Shown piece by piece: positions 52,930 to 64,000 of a stretch of DNA of 64,000 nt (within the stretch, counting starts at the first letter, position 1; the number at the start of each line of letters is the position of its first letter). The stretch comes from Octopus sinensis. Lineage: Eukaryota. The stretch covers positions 121,520,001 to 121,584,000 of the forward strand of contig NC_042999.1 of the NCBI RefSeq assembly GCF_006345805.1, given 5' to 3'. The position numbers were made by a program, and so were the translations under genes. The notes beneath the pieces were generated by a model. It was not told where the DNA came from. It saw only the letters and a list, made by a program, of their open reading frames with translations, and made no database searches.

Positions 52930-54030
52930 GGAGGAAAGAAAAAAAGAGAAGGAAGTTTGCACACATTCTGCGACTTGACAATTAAAGGTGTTAGGTGACA
53001 TGAGAATCACAGATGCTTGATAATGTACTGAAGAGAAGCAAGATGTCATAGAGGAGAATTGTATATGGAATGATAATGAAGCACTCCCCTGACGCTAAAA
53101 AAAAATGAGGCATAAAATTGCTATTGTGAGAGACTGTTAATCACACTGCAAGTGTAATTAACCATTCACCTTGGTAGTAACATGGTAAATAAAGCAGTTA
53201 ATGATATAGAAGCAGGGAAACAGCTGGCCCCTTAGAGTTAATCCCAGAAAAGCTGAAAAATTTGACAAAGTAGAGTACAAGTTAGTCATTTAAGTAGTAA
53301 ATTCTGTAATACAGAGAGACATCATACCCACTGTTTTTTGTAGTAGTATCATTATGAGCTATAAGAAAAACTAGAGAGTAGAAACTACAGTTGTATCATA
53401 TTGTTGCAGTTGGTTATGAAGGTTACTGAAAAAGTTATTGCAAAATTAGGAATAGGATTAGCCTGAATGAGATTGCAGTTAAGCTTTTAACCAGAAAGAG
53501 GTACCACCACCTCATCTTCCTTGTGAGACAACAGCTATGTGTAAGCTTAAATGTTTAGCATTCACTGATCTGTTATTTGATAGGTAGAGACAGATGTATA
53601 GCTTGTGAGGTCCATACAAGTCATGTATAATGGTGCATTCAGTAAGGTGAGAATTCACAATGAGTTTAGTGATGAATTAACATGCAGGTAGAGATCCATC
53701 AGGCCTCAGACATCAACCCGCTTCTATGCCATAACAGAGGAGTTTAAGACAAGTTGCCTGTGAGAACTTCCTTATGCTGATGCCTTTGTTCTTATAGCAG
53801 AATCTCTGAAAGATATGAGGTAGAAATTCCAGACAAAAACAAAATCTGGTATTTAAGGGTCCTAAAGTAAACTTCACCAAAATTAAAGTTATGTTAAGTA
53901 TAAAGGAGACAGGACTCTGCTGCCATCAGAGAAATGGCCATGTTTAATATTCAGGAAAGGAGTAAGTAGAAACTCCATACATTGTACTCAGTGTAAACAA
54001 AGTCAATTGACAAAATCATTAGAGCATCAG
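52930..54030 (+). mobile_element. Old RTE-type LINE reverse-transcriptase remnant
   Basis: Frameshifted motifs VNKAVNDIEAGK.. and CL*ELPYADAFVLIAESLKDMR*KFQ (YADD-like at 53773-53784), then KVNFTKIKVM and PSEKWPCLIFRKGVSRNSIHCTQCKQ. Confidence 0.78.
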
Positions 54031-54892
54031 ATAGTATAGGTTGCCGTATTTGTTCTGGCTCTCTTAGTTTGGATACCACTCAGATCAAATTGACCTTTCA
54101 CATTTACAGAGTTGATAAAAACTTTCCAATCCAGGACAGTGGATTGATTCGACTGTGAGGATGATAGACTGGATGGTTTGCAGTATTTGTTTTGGCTTTT
54201 TGCATTCTGGATTCAAATCCTGCCATGACCTACATGAGTAGTAGACTTAATCTCTTGCTCAGCTTAAAACCACTGCCTGACACCTTCAGTGCCTTTAGCA
54301 GAGTCCACACCACTGTCAGCATTCAAGCCAAGTCTCTGGGTTGAATGCTGACAGGATTTTTTTCCTACCCTCTCACTAGTCTCAGAGGCTCTGCAGAGGG
54401 TCATGGATACTGCCTTTATTCATGACAAAGAAAAATGAAGAGAAAACCAAAATAATGATAATGCTAGCTTTACAATAGGTGTATTGGGTTCATAAACAGG
54501 CTGGCAGCAAAGGTAGCCTTCATATGTGGAAGATGCACAGGAGCATTAAGTATGACAGTCACTCAGAAAATAGTTTTTTTCAACCTACCGTGATGCGTCC
54601 CCCCACCTCCTTGGTGTTGTCAAAAGTTTTGGTCACCTAGGTGATTTAATAATCGTTGAATGAATATCTTGATTATCAGCAGTATGCTAGAACAAGCTAG
54701 AAAAAGATCAGGTCACTACATTCTCTACTGGCAGCAAAAAAGCTTCTCCGCTTGAGTGAAGAAGAAGATTATATGTTGCTTGTGTGTTCAGTGCTATGAT
54801 ACACTGGTAATGCAACATGAACCTTAAATGCAGAAGATTTTCAGAGAATTGAAAGAAATGTGCTGGTTGTGTAATATTAGTGTGTACAAATA

Positions 54893-55051
54893 AACTGAGT
54901 GGCTGTGTTGTAAGTAGCTTGCTTACCAGCTGCATGGTTCCGGGTTCAGTCTCACTGCATGGCACCTTGGGCAAGTGTCTTCTACTATAGCCTCTGGTTG
55001 ACCAAAACCTTGTGAGTGGATTTGGTAGACAGAAACTGAAAGAAGCCCGTC

Positions 55052-55090
<39 letters not shown>

Positions 55091-55419
55091 AATTTTTTGC
55101 GCAATGAGATAAAAAACCAAGGCTGTGTAGATAGAACATTTATAGATAGAAGGTCTTAGACAGATGTGTAGTGGTAGAGTCTAAGATCTTCTATCTATAA
55201 ATGTTCTAATATCTATAAATGTTCTAATATCTACACATGTTCTAATATCTACACTGCCTTGGTTTTTTTATCTCATAATGCAAAAAATTCTTATATACAC
55301 ACAGACATATGACCCGAACCTGTAACTTGACTATGGTCTATCTATAGCATTTATTCAGCATTACCTGACATCTTTGGGTTTCAATGACACCATTACCTCT
55401 TATAACCTCAATTTCTCGC

Positions 55420-55461
<42 letters not shown>

Positions 55462-55665
55462 CCTGTCTGTTTGTCCCACCACCATCACTTGACAACTGAT
55501 GCTGGTGTGTTTACGTCCCTATTACTTAGTGGTTCAGGAAAAGAAATCAATAGAATAAGTACTAGGCTTACAAAGAATAAGTCCTGGGGTTGATTTGTTC
55601 AACTAAAGATAGTGCTCCAGCACGGCTGCTGTCAACTGACTGAAACAAATAAAATAATAAAAGAA
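54893..55665 (+). mobile_element. SINE family B split at its internal (TA)n by a ~330-bp insertion
   Basis: 5' half 54893-55087 has tRNA-like boxes tggctgtgttg / ggttcagtctc and ends agaagcccgtcgtgtatata. 3' half 55419-55665 resumes at (TA)n(TG)n and runs to an A-rich tail. The two halves are contiguous in the 25790 and 22170 copies. Confidence 0.88.
55083..55297. repeat. Foldback inverted repeat with internal 18-bp tandem expansion
   Basis: Left arm 55083-55161, 17-nt loop, right arm 55179-55297. The right arm carries extra copies of an 18-bp unit (atatctataaatgttcta / atatctacacatgttcta). Confidence 0.9.
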
Positions 55666-55689
55666 TATGAGGAATCACATGTAATATGC

Positions 55690-55915
55690 AAAAGAAAAAG
55701 TCAGATATGGTATAAAAATGTGATGGATATGAATAATAACTGCTGCATAAAAAGTGCCAGACACTCAAAAGTGGACAAAGCCCTTCAATGAGGTCCACCT
55801 AAAAAGATGTGGGATGAAGTGGTGAAAACCTACTTCAACATGCTAAACCTCATAAAAGCGATGACAAATGGCTCCAAAGATTGACTGCAAGTGGTGCTGG
55901 AGAAATCCTGCACTT
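55690..55915 (+). mobile_element. Degenerate RTE C-terminal fragment
   Basis: ccacctaaaaagatgtgggatgaagtggtgaaaacc (PKKMWDEVVKT) corresponds to PRKTWDEVVKH of the 40 kb copy. Confidence 0.65.
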
Positions 55916-56913
55916 TAGTGCAAACATGGCAGAATGAGCATTATAATGGGTGGTAATGACCACTGGAATACTCTCACTGCATTCATTAACACTATCCTCA
56001 CTGTCACTGTGATATTCTACTGTCTCTGTTTTTCTTATTGTTCTCATTACATACACACACTTCCCACCACATCCTATCTCCCTTTCCTTGTTGACTACCA
56101 TGTTATTTTCCTTATTTCAACACTCATCTTCTGCTCTATTACCCCTCCACCTCAGTGAAACCCCAATTCCCTTTCTTTCTTTTGCTCTTTCTCTACAGCT
56201 TCTCTGGCTCTTTGCCACTCACATCTCTGTTCTCTTTCATGCTCCTTTAACCCAGCTGCTCATATTCTCCCATATAATGTAGATAGTACTGTATCTTCCT
56301 CTATTCAATCTGTCCCACCTTCCTCTTTCTCAGTAACCATGGATGCTACTTTTCCCTTTTTGTTCCATTCTTCCCTCCAACACTGGCTTCTCCATTGCTC
56401 TCTCTCTCTCTCTCTCCATAGCCACTTTCTCACAAGAACAAACCTGATCCTCCCATCACACTTTAATTTCTCTCGACAGCTTTCCAGTTGAGTTGAGGCA
56501 ATGCCAGACTGAAAAGACTCTTTAATCTTTCCAAGGGTATTATTCTCTCCACTATTTTTCCTCTTTGTTTAATCTTGTAAAGTTACAAAGTAACCTCATT
56601 AGTGTTGGTGCCATAAAAAAAGTACCAAGTATACTCAGTAAAGTTATGGTCAAGCTGAAGAGAGATATTGCAGTGTTGAGAAGACAATTTAATCTTGCTA
56701 GGGGCAGGATTACCTGTCTAGCTCTGATGCTAAAAAACCAGTACACCCAGTTTATTTTGTAAAGTGGTTGATACAAGAAAGAGTATCCAACCATAAAAAC
56801 TACGCCAGAATTAAGATGTTAGAGTTAGATGGATTTCTCTGGCTTGCCAAATCTTGTTCAACTGTTCAGTTCTTGCCAGCATGAAAAAACAACATAAAGT
56901 GAGGATAATGATA

Positions 56914-56916
<3 letters not shown>

Positions 56917-56949
<33 letters not shown>
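56917..56949. repeat. (GA)n microsatellite
   Basis: Direct reading of the sequence. Confidence 0.95.
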
Positions 56950-56952
<3 letters not shown>

Positions 56953-59900
56953 AAGAACCTGCTGAATTTCTTAGACTATAAGTGCTAAAAATATAGGAAA
57001 GAACTTAGATGAAAAGAATTCATTAATTGTCTGAACACAAAATTTGAAGTAATTTGAAATCTGAAGTAGCTATTCATATTTCCAGCAGGGTATGACTTGC
57101 CATTTCAGAACTACATCAAGAAAACTTACAAAAGCAACATAACAAGGATATGTGACTAAAAAACTCGATTTATAATTGATAAAATGAGAAAGCTTTTCAG
57201 GATATCTGTTATATCAGATAGAAAATTTATAGTAATTTGAGCAATCTTTTAAATGACTTGGAGAAAACGTATTCCTGTTTTTCTATTTCACTTAAGCAGG
57301 ATAAGCAATTGACATTCAATGAGAATGAAATTAATTGTTTTAATTAAAGGATATTAGAATTTGAAGTGTTATGCTGGAGTTGTGCATCTTTTCTAAGCAA
57401 TAGTAGCAACATATTCTGCTTTAGAAAAAGCAAGTGTTTGTTTATCAATAGTTGCAATGACTAAATTTAGAAATTTGGTATTGTGTTTACTTTAGGATTC
57501 TTTGGCATGTGAACAATTTAAATATTGGTATATGTAATATTTATTGTGGAAGAAAAGCATTTTTGCCTCCTGTGGAAATTACATACAATAAAATGGTAGG
57601 TGTGATAATCTGGAAATTTACAGAGAAATATATTGCAGTACTTTTAATGGTAGGTATTGTGAAACTTTGAATGTAGTTCTTAGTGATGAAGTAATAAAAA
57701 TGTGCTTTATCAAATTTTTCATATTGAAGAGGTTTTATCATTGGTTATATTTTACTGATACACCTTTTACTTTGAGGATTAAGTCTACTATTTCAAGTTT
57801 TTATTGGTGAAATAAATGGATAGAAATACCTTATTATATTAAAACATTTTTCAGACATCTTAAATGCAAGGCATAAATATTACTTTTTTAAAATTTGGAT
57901 AGTTTGTATGATAAAAAGTTTCACCAATAAAATATACAAAATTCAAAAATAACTTTAAATTCTTTAGGTATTGGTTAGTAAATGTTTCAGCATTTATGTA
58001 AGAACTTTAAATAGTTTTTACTGCAACAGTGTTGTATGTAAAGATTATACAATATTGAAGAAAAATGTCATAAACAGGTTTGAAGTGAATGAAAACAAGA
58101 GAGATAAAAAAAAATTAATGGAAATTATTTACACTTCTATTATGTCAAAATGAGATAATATACAGTCTCTGTAAGCAGTGTGACATAGTTGGGACTTATG
58201 CTAGCTTGTTGATCAAGTGGATTATTATAGTTTTTATGTTTAGTCTACTTAACTGACAAGATTCACTATAATTTCTCTGTTGATTGGTTGGTATTAGGAA
58301 AGGCATCTAACAGTGAAAACAAGTACTCCAAACATAATCATATATTCAAACCAGTAATTATAAAAAGAAAAAAGTAAAACACATTTTAAAAAAATTAGTT
58401 TAAAAATCAAACTCTAAAACTATTGATGAAAAATATCAGATTGCATGTATAAGGCCTGCATATATAAAAAATATTTTTTAACTGGTAATGTGATTGAAAA
58501 AAAATTTATATTTGTTTCAGGTCAAAACTGAATCTTAATACAATGTTTGTTATTGATGTTGAAAAGAATGAATGGTTTTTTATTTGTATGTTTGAATTTA
58601 GTCAATAGTAATCAGATGTTTATTTATGTACAGATTGCTTAGTTGACAGGTACAAATCTCAAAAATCTAAATTACTTTCTAAATACAAAATATTTTGTTT
58701 TGTTCATATTTATAGTGATTAATTTATTTCATGACTAAATGTGCATCTCATCAAATGTCAGAAAAATGTGTCACACAATTGCTGACTGCTATATTTGATT
58801 AGTTTTCTCTTTTCTTACTTAGAATAACAAAAGTATTCTAACATAAGCAGATAAGTTCCATGAAAATCAATGAGTAGTAAAATGTGAAGAAACTTATTTC
58901 TTGTTTTGACGATACTAGTAACATACTTTATTGTTCACACATTTTTAATATTTTCTGTTGTGTACAACATGCAAACTTTTGTTTTTCCGTGAATAGAAAG
59001 CTATTTTGCATTAATTTAAATTGTTTTTTTAATGAAATCAAGTTTCTTATCACTCTCTCTCTCTCACTCACCCTCTCTCTCTCTCACTCACTCACTCACT
59101 CATGTGACTTGATTCTGAATGTAATAGCTTCTCATTTCAAACAATAAAAGTATAACTAATTGATATCAAAGGCAAGTTTTCAGTGAAATCAATTTAATAA
59201 TTTTTTATATTAATTTTTTATTTGGGTACAGGCTATACATATATTTGGCTAGGATGAAGTCAATTAGACTGAACGAAGTGCATAGCTGTTGCTTGTTTCA
59301 TTGACCTTGAAAGACAAAAGGCAATATTAGCTCAGAATGATTTGAATTTAAAATGTAGAGGGATGTAGCTAAAAACAGTAAGACATTTTTGTCTATGGTC
59401 TATTTATTCCATGAATCTGTTGAAATATATTATCTATATATACTTTTAGATAATTTAAATTATATTCTGTATATTTCAAATTGTTATAAAATTATTGTAT
59501 CTGGTATAAAGAACATTTTACATCTCTTCCAGTGTCACAAATTATGTTGCATTTTCATTAGCAAATGCGATTTCTATTGTCACTAAACTACTCATGATAA
59601 TTCTATATCTATTTTTGTTAACATTTGTTTCTTTATCCATTTACTGCTTTCAGTCATTAGATTGCAGCCATACTGGAACACTACATTCAACAGGTGTTAG
59701 TCAACTATCTCACACCCAGAACTTAATGTAATACTTATATTATCAATCTTGTAAGGGATCAAAGCTGAAATTAACTTGGTTATAAAAGACTGCAACTATT
59801 ATAAACCTAATACTGTGAGATAATTCCCTTGACTGATTCCACCACCTTTTATCATATAACTACACACACACATGTATATATACATTCACATACAGTTGAT

Positions 59901-61394
59901 TGGTTCCCACATAGTTTCCATCTATTTCATTTAAACCTTCGGTTGACTTGAGATCTTTGGTTAATCTATGGTAGTAGACACTTGTCTAAGATACCAGACA
60001 GGAGGCTAAAGCCCAGACACATGTTGTGAAGGGAACTTCTTAAAGCAAACAGCCATGCCTTTATTTTAGATGTAATAAATCAGATAATCAGCTTTCACTT
60101 TTTAATTTTTTTGTAAGTTATAGAAAACAAAATAACTAGATCTACTTTACAGTTTCATTTTTGGTCTTTTATCAATATCCTGTTTTTGCCTCTGTTAATT
60201 TTGACTGCACTAGTGAAGGTTATTTGGTTATTGGTGAAATATTGTGAAAACAAAATTGCAGCACTTGATTTTTATTTGCTTCTGTTTACTATGTAACAGG
60301 TGCTTTTTCTTTGATTTAAAAACTGTTTACGCTTTCAGTTATTTTCTTATTTTATCTAGAGAATGTCGTAGAACTTGAAGTATTTAAGTTGAGTCATCTA
60401 TGATGTAGTTTTTATTCCAATTTTAATGAATGTGAGAGAGTGAATGTTACAATATCTCAATTCCACATCCAATAAACTATGGTATTGTTATGTCTATTTA
60501 AAGGAAAGCATTAAAAAAAGTTCCTTTGTAAAGAATGTAGATATTTACAAGAGAATATATTCTTTGTGCAGTGTCTTACATGTATGTTATGATGTCCAAC
60601 CCATACCAGTTTGGATAGCAGGCCTAATATGATGATGATAATGACAACAATGTCGTTGACTATATGCCTGTTATAATATCAATCATTCAACCATAATGTA
60701 ATTGTTACATCTGCTTTTAGGCAGTCTGCCTAGGAATGCAATGAAGTGATATCATTTGGAATCTTTGAAATTTTGTGGTTAATTTTTTACTTTGTGATTT
60801 TGAAGTTTTGATGGGAATATATTTTTAACTTATACATAACAATCATCATGCAACTGATGGGGAAAATATAATAGAATGTTCATTCTTCTGTCAATACTAT
60901 AAAAAAATACTTCTTTGTTTACTTCTTTCTTAAAAGCTTATACTCTAATCCTAATTTCCCACTATTCACAAATTTCAAAGGATAGTTTTTAAAATTTTAT
61001 TTAGGCTCTTATTTCACTTATCTAAAAAATGCATTTATTGGATAATATTTACCATTGCATGAAAATATATTCTTTTGCCTATCCTTGTATTTTCTTTTAT
61101 GGATTTCTTATTTTGATGTTGTCATTTACTGTTGTTCTTTGAATATATGTAACTTATCATTTTCTATTTGGATACATAATCGTAAATCATTTGGTATCAA
61201 ATCTACAAGCAATACACAACCCTCCCCCCCTTTTAGTCACCTAAAAAAACAGGAGATATAACCATTTGTATATTTGTCCTCTTTTTTTATCCTTTAATTA
61301 CCAGCCATATCTAGTCACTAAAGTAAAAAGGGCCAAAATATAAGAGTATTCTAAAAAAAAACTTGTGTTTAACATCAATGCTCATAAGCACATG

Positions 61395-61820
61395 AAGATA
61401 TACTGTATATGACTGCATGACCTTCTGTGCCTGAGAAGACATGTCAAGCTAAGTAAAACTGTAGCCATTCATGCATATGGGCAGGTTCTTGATGGCCCAG
61501 GCCAGTACCATGAAAAAGCACTCATGCCAGTTCCAAGTGGGAAGCTCTTGTGCTGGCACCATGTAAAAAGTACTTGTGTTAGCACCACATAAGAAGCACT
61601 TGAGCTGGTGTCACATAAAATCGTCCATTCTGGTGCCACATAAAAAGCACCCAGCACGCTTTGTAAAGTGGTTGGCATTAGGAAGGGCATCCAACTATAG
61701 AAACCTTGCCAAAACAGACAAATGAAACATGGGCAACTCTCTCACTGGTCAGCTCTTGTCAAACTATCTAACCAATGCCAGTATGGAAAGCTGATCTTAA
61801 ATGATGACGATGATGATGAC
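61395..61820 (+). mobile_element. RTE 3' UTR / RTE-related SINE copy with (GAT)n tail
   Basis: ggtgccacataaaaagcacc, gtggttggcattaggaagggcatcca, aatgatgacgatgatgatgac: reverse complement of the 39400 and 44260 copies. Confidence 0.8.
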
Positions 61821-62299
61821 TTGTTGCATTGTTTTGTTTTTGTTTTGTTTGCTTGCTTTACTTGTCCCATGTATATATTATCTTTAACAACCAGCATAAC
61901 TTCCATTGCATTATGCAGGCTGAATCCTGTCATCATTATCTTTATCATCAATCTCATTTTGGCATCATGAGTTTGGCAAGAACTCAGCATGGCGTTACTC
62001 AACTCAATCATAAGGCATCCTATCAGTGGTGCTCAAAATACTCAACTTCAGTCTTCCATGTTTTCCTCATACTTTCTCCAGCACAAGTATCTTTTACAAT
62101 TAGTACATGACACATTTTAATAGATAGAAATGCAATTTTAAGGATTAAATAAAGGTTATAAGATAACTAATTGCCAGATAAACAAGTTTATTTTAAAATG
62201 TTAATACACAAAAAGCTAAATATAGTCTTCAAACTATTAGCATTTAAGAACTTAAAAGTAAATTCAAAGTAAAGAACTGGTTAGCAAATTTAAGATATA

Positions 62300-63730
62300 A
62301 AAATAATTTAGGGGGAATTAAAAGCAATCTGCAACCACTAGTGATGGTCACTAAAAAGCAAAATGGTTTAAGATCAGATACAAATAAGTGAGTGAGTTTT
62401 AAACTAATACCTGAGACAAATGCAACACCAACGTTCTGAGGATTGACTGGAGAATGAAAAGTTGAAACAGAACACTGAAAGGGCAGAAAACTATGAATCA
62501 TGTGAAAGATATTAAAGAAAATGTAAGAAAAAGGGAAAATAGAACTTTATCAGATATTGGCAGTATCTAAAATTATTGTTGGAATTATTAAAGCAGAACT
62601 TAGAAACTAATGATTTTACAATACATGAACTGGTTCTTAATCCCCATACTATATTGAATTGAATAGTATTAAATCTGACTGTCCTGCTCCCCAAATATGA
62701 AAAATTTATTGAGGTAGAGAACTACAGACTAATATACGCCTTGTACAATATTTTCTTGGGAAAACTGACTAGATATATGAACAGCCATAATGCTTGGAAT
62801 GACATGTAAAATGAGAAATAATTAGAAGACAATGAGACAAAAGTGTTAAAAGGAAGATAAGTGTTATCTTCAATGACATGAAAGTACCAGGAAAGCCATT
62901 GTCATTTGAAGGTAGCAATGTTGTGTAATCAAAAAATGATGAGAGATTATATAAAGCAGAAAAGATAAGAGTGGGTATACAGAAGAGAATATTAGTAAGA
63001 ATAAAACTTTTTAATCCACAGCAATGAATGAAGATAGACATTGCAAAAATAGGCACAATGATTGCAGTTGAAATCAAAATTCTAATAAGGAAACTAATCA
63101 AACAGGAACAGCCTGACAAAAATCTAGTGAAAACTATAAAGTACATCATAGTTCCAGTTGCTGCATATGTAATAAATGTGGTTCACATCAGCAGTGCAGA
63201 TCTAAATATGCTGGTTGAAATCATTAAGAAAATGCTAGCAGAGAATCTAATGCTTAGCAGACAAGAGGATGAAAAATAACCATGAAAAGAAAATGGGCAG
63301 TAGAGCAGTTAAGGAAACAAAAGTTAGAGTAGCATATGTAACTGGATAAGTAGTGCATGGAAGAGAGTGATCAGGGAGAAATACTGTTATATTAAAAGAG
63401 AAGCAAAAATATCATACTTAGCAACAACAAAAAAAGTATTGGGGAGGGAGTAAACACTAATGATAAAGAGATCAGATGGAATGGTACAAGGAATGAAAAT
63501 GTAAAAGAGAATATGAAAATTAGTGTAGACAACCTAAAGCTTAAGTAGGATAAGAATTGAACTCTACATAGAAAAGTCCATTCAGAAAAAAAAAGCATGC
63601 AGAAATTAGAAAATATCAAAAGCTAGCAATTAAATGCATTCTAAAAAGAAATATACAAGAAGATTGTACCAGTTGTGATTGATTACTTAGACAAGAGAAT
63701 GTCCGACATTCAAAGAATAGAAGTAAGTTA
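62300..63730 (+). mobile_element. Degenerate R4/Dong-like RLE non-LTR retrotransposon with internal deletions
   Basis: LLPKYEKFIEVENYRLIYA (62685-62740, RT NYRPI-like), then IVPVAAYVINVVHISSADLNMLVEIIKKML.. (post-RT block) and KIVPVVIDYL (~63660, RLE C-terminal IVPVVIG-like); purine-rich coding-strand composition. Confidence 0.62.
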
Positions 63731-64000
63731 ATTAGGAGAAAAAGAGTAATGTAGGAAATATGTATGCAAAAGATTATTGCGTGATTGTGATACAATGTTG
63801 AGAAAGGTACAATCTGTAATTTTCCAAATGGACTACTCTTAGGTCTTTAAAAGGATTCATGAATCTTTGGTAGCCTGGAATATTCTGGCTTACTATAAGT
63901 GACTATGAAAAATAAAATAATATTAGTCAGTTTACTTGAAGTCTTGAGAAATAAGTGCTGAAGAAGCTATTAGAATACAAAGAGCACTGTAAATAATTTT

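Noticed and set aside
54893-54960. tRNA gene
   Set aside because: A/B-box-like motifs belong to SINE heads; no cloverleaf or anticodon arm is recoverable.

Overview
AT-rich, CpG-depleted eukaryotic genomic DNA. It is most likely octopus/cephalopod; this is inferred from SINE families recognised from memory and needs BLAST confirmation. No host protein-coding exon could be identified, so the window reads as a large intron or intergenic tract, and nearly all ORF-track entries are spurious or transposon-derived. Supported content: (1) DNA transposons: a Tc1 (1-1030), a young-looking but broken pogo/Tigger DD30D element (19475-21480), an internally deleted mariner (35238-35776) and a near-perfect palindromic MITE (26157-26372). 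(2) Non-LTR retrotransposon remnants: several RTE-type copies, a probable Rex1/Babar 3' end, and two restriction-like-endonuclease types (Hero-like, R4/Dong-like). (3) tRNA-derived SINEs of at least two families, plus microsatellites. Most noteworthy observations: repeated short local duplications and foldbacks sitting at (TA)n/(CA)n tracts or SINE breakpoints (26.1, 37.2, 41.8, 55.1 kb); intact C2H2 zinc fingers at the ends of two otherwise decayed RTE ORFs; a consensus recursive-splice-like junction (ttttcAG|GTAAGT) on the minus strand at 33342; and in-window evidence of methyl-CpG decay.
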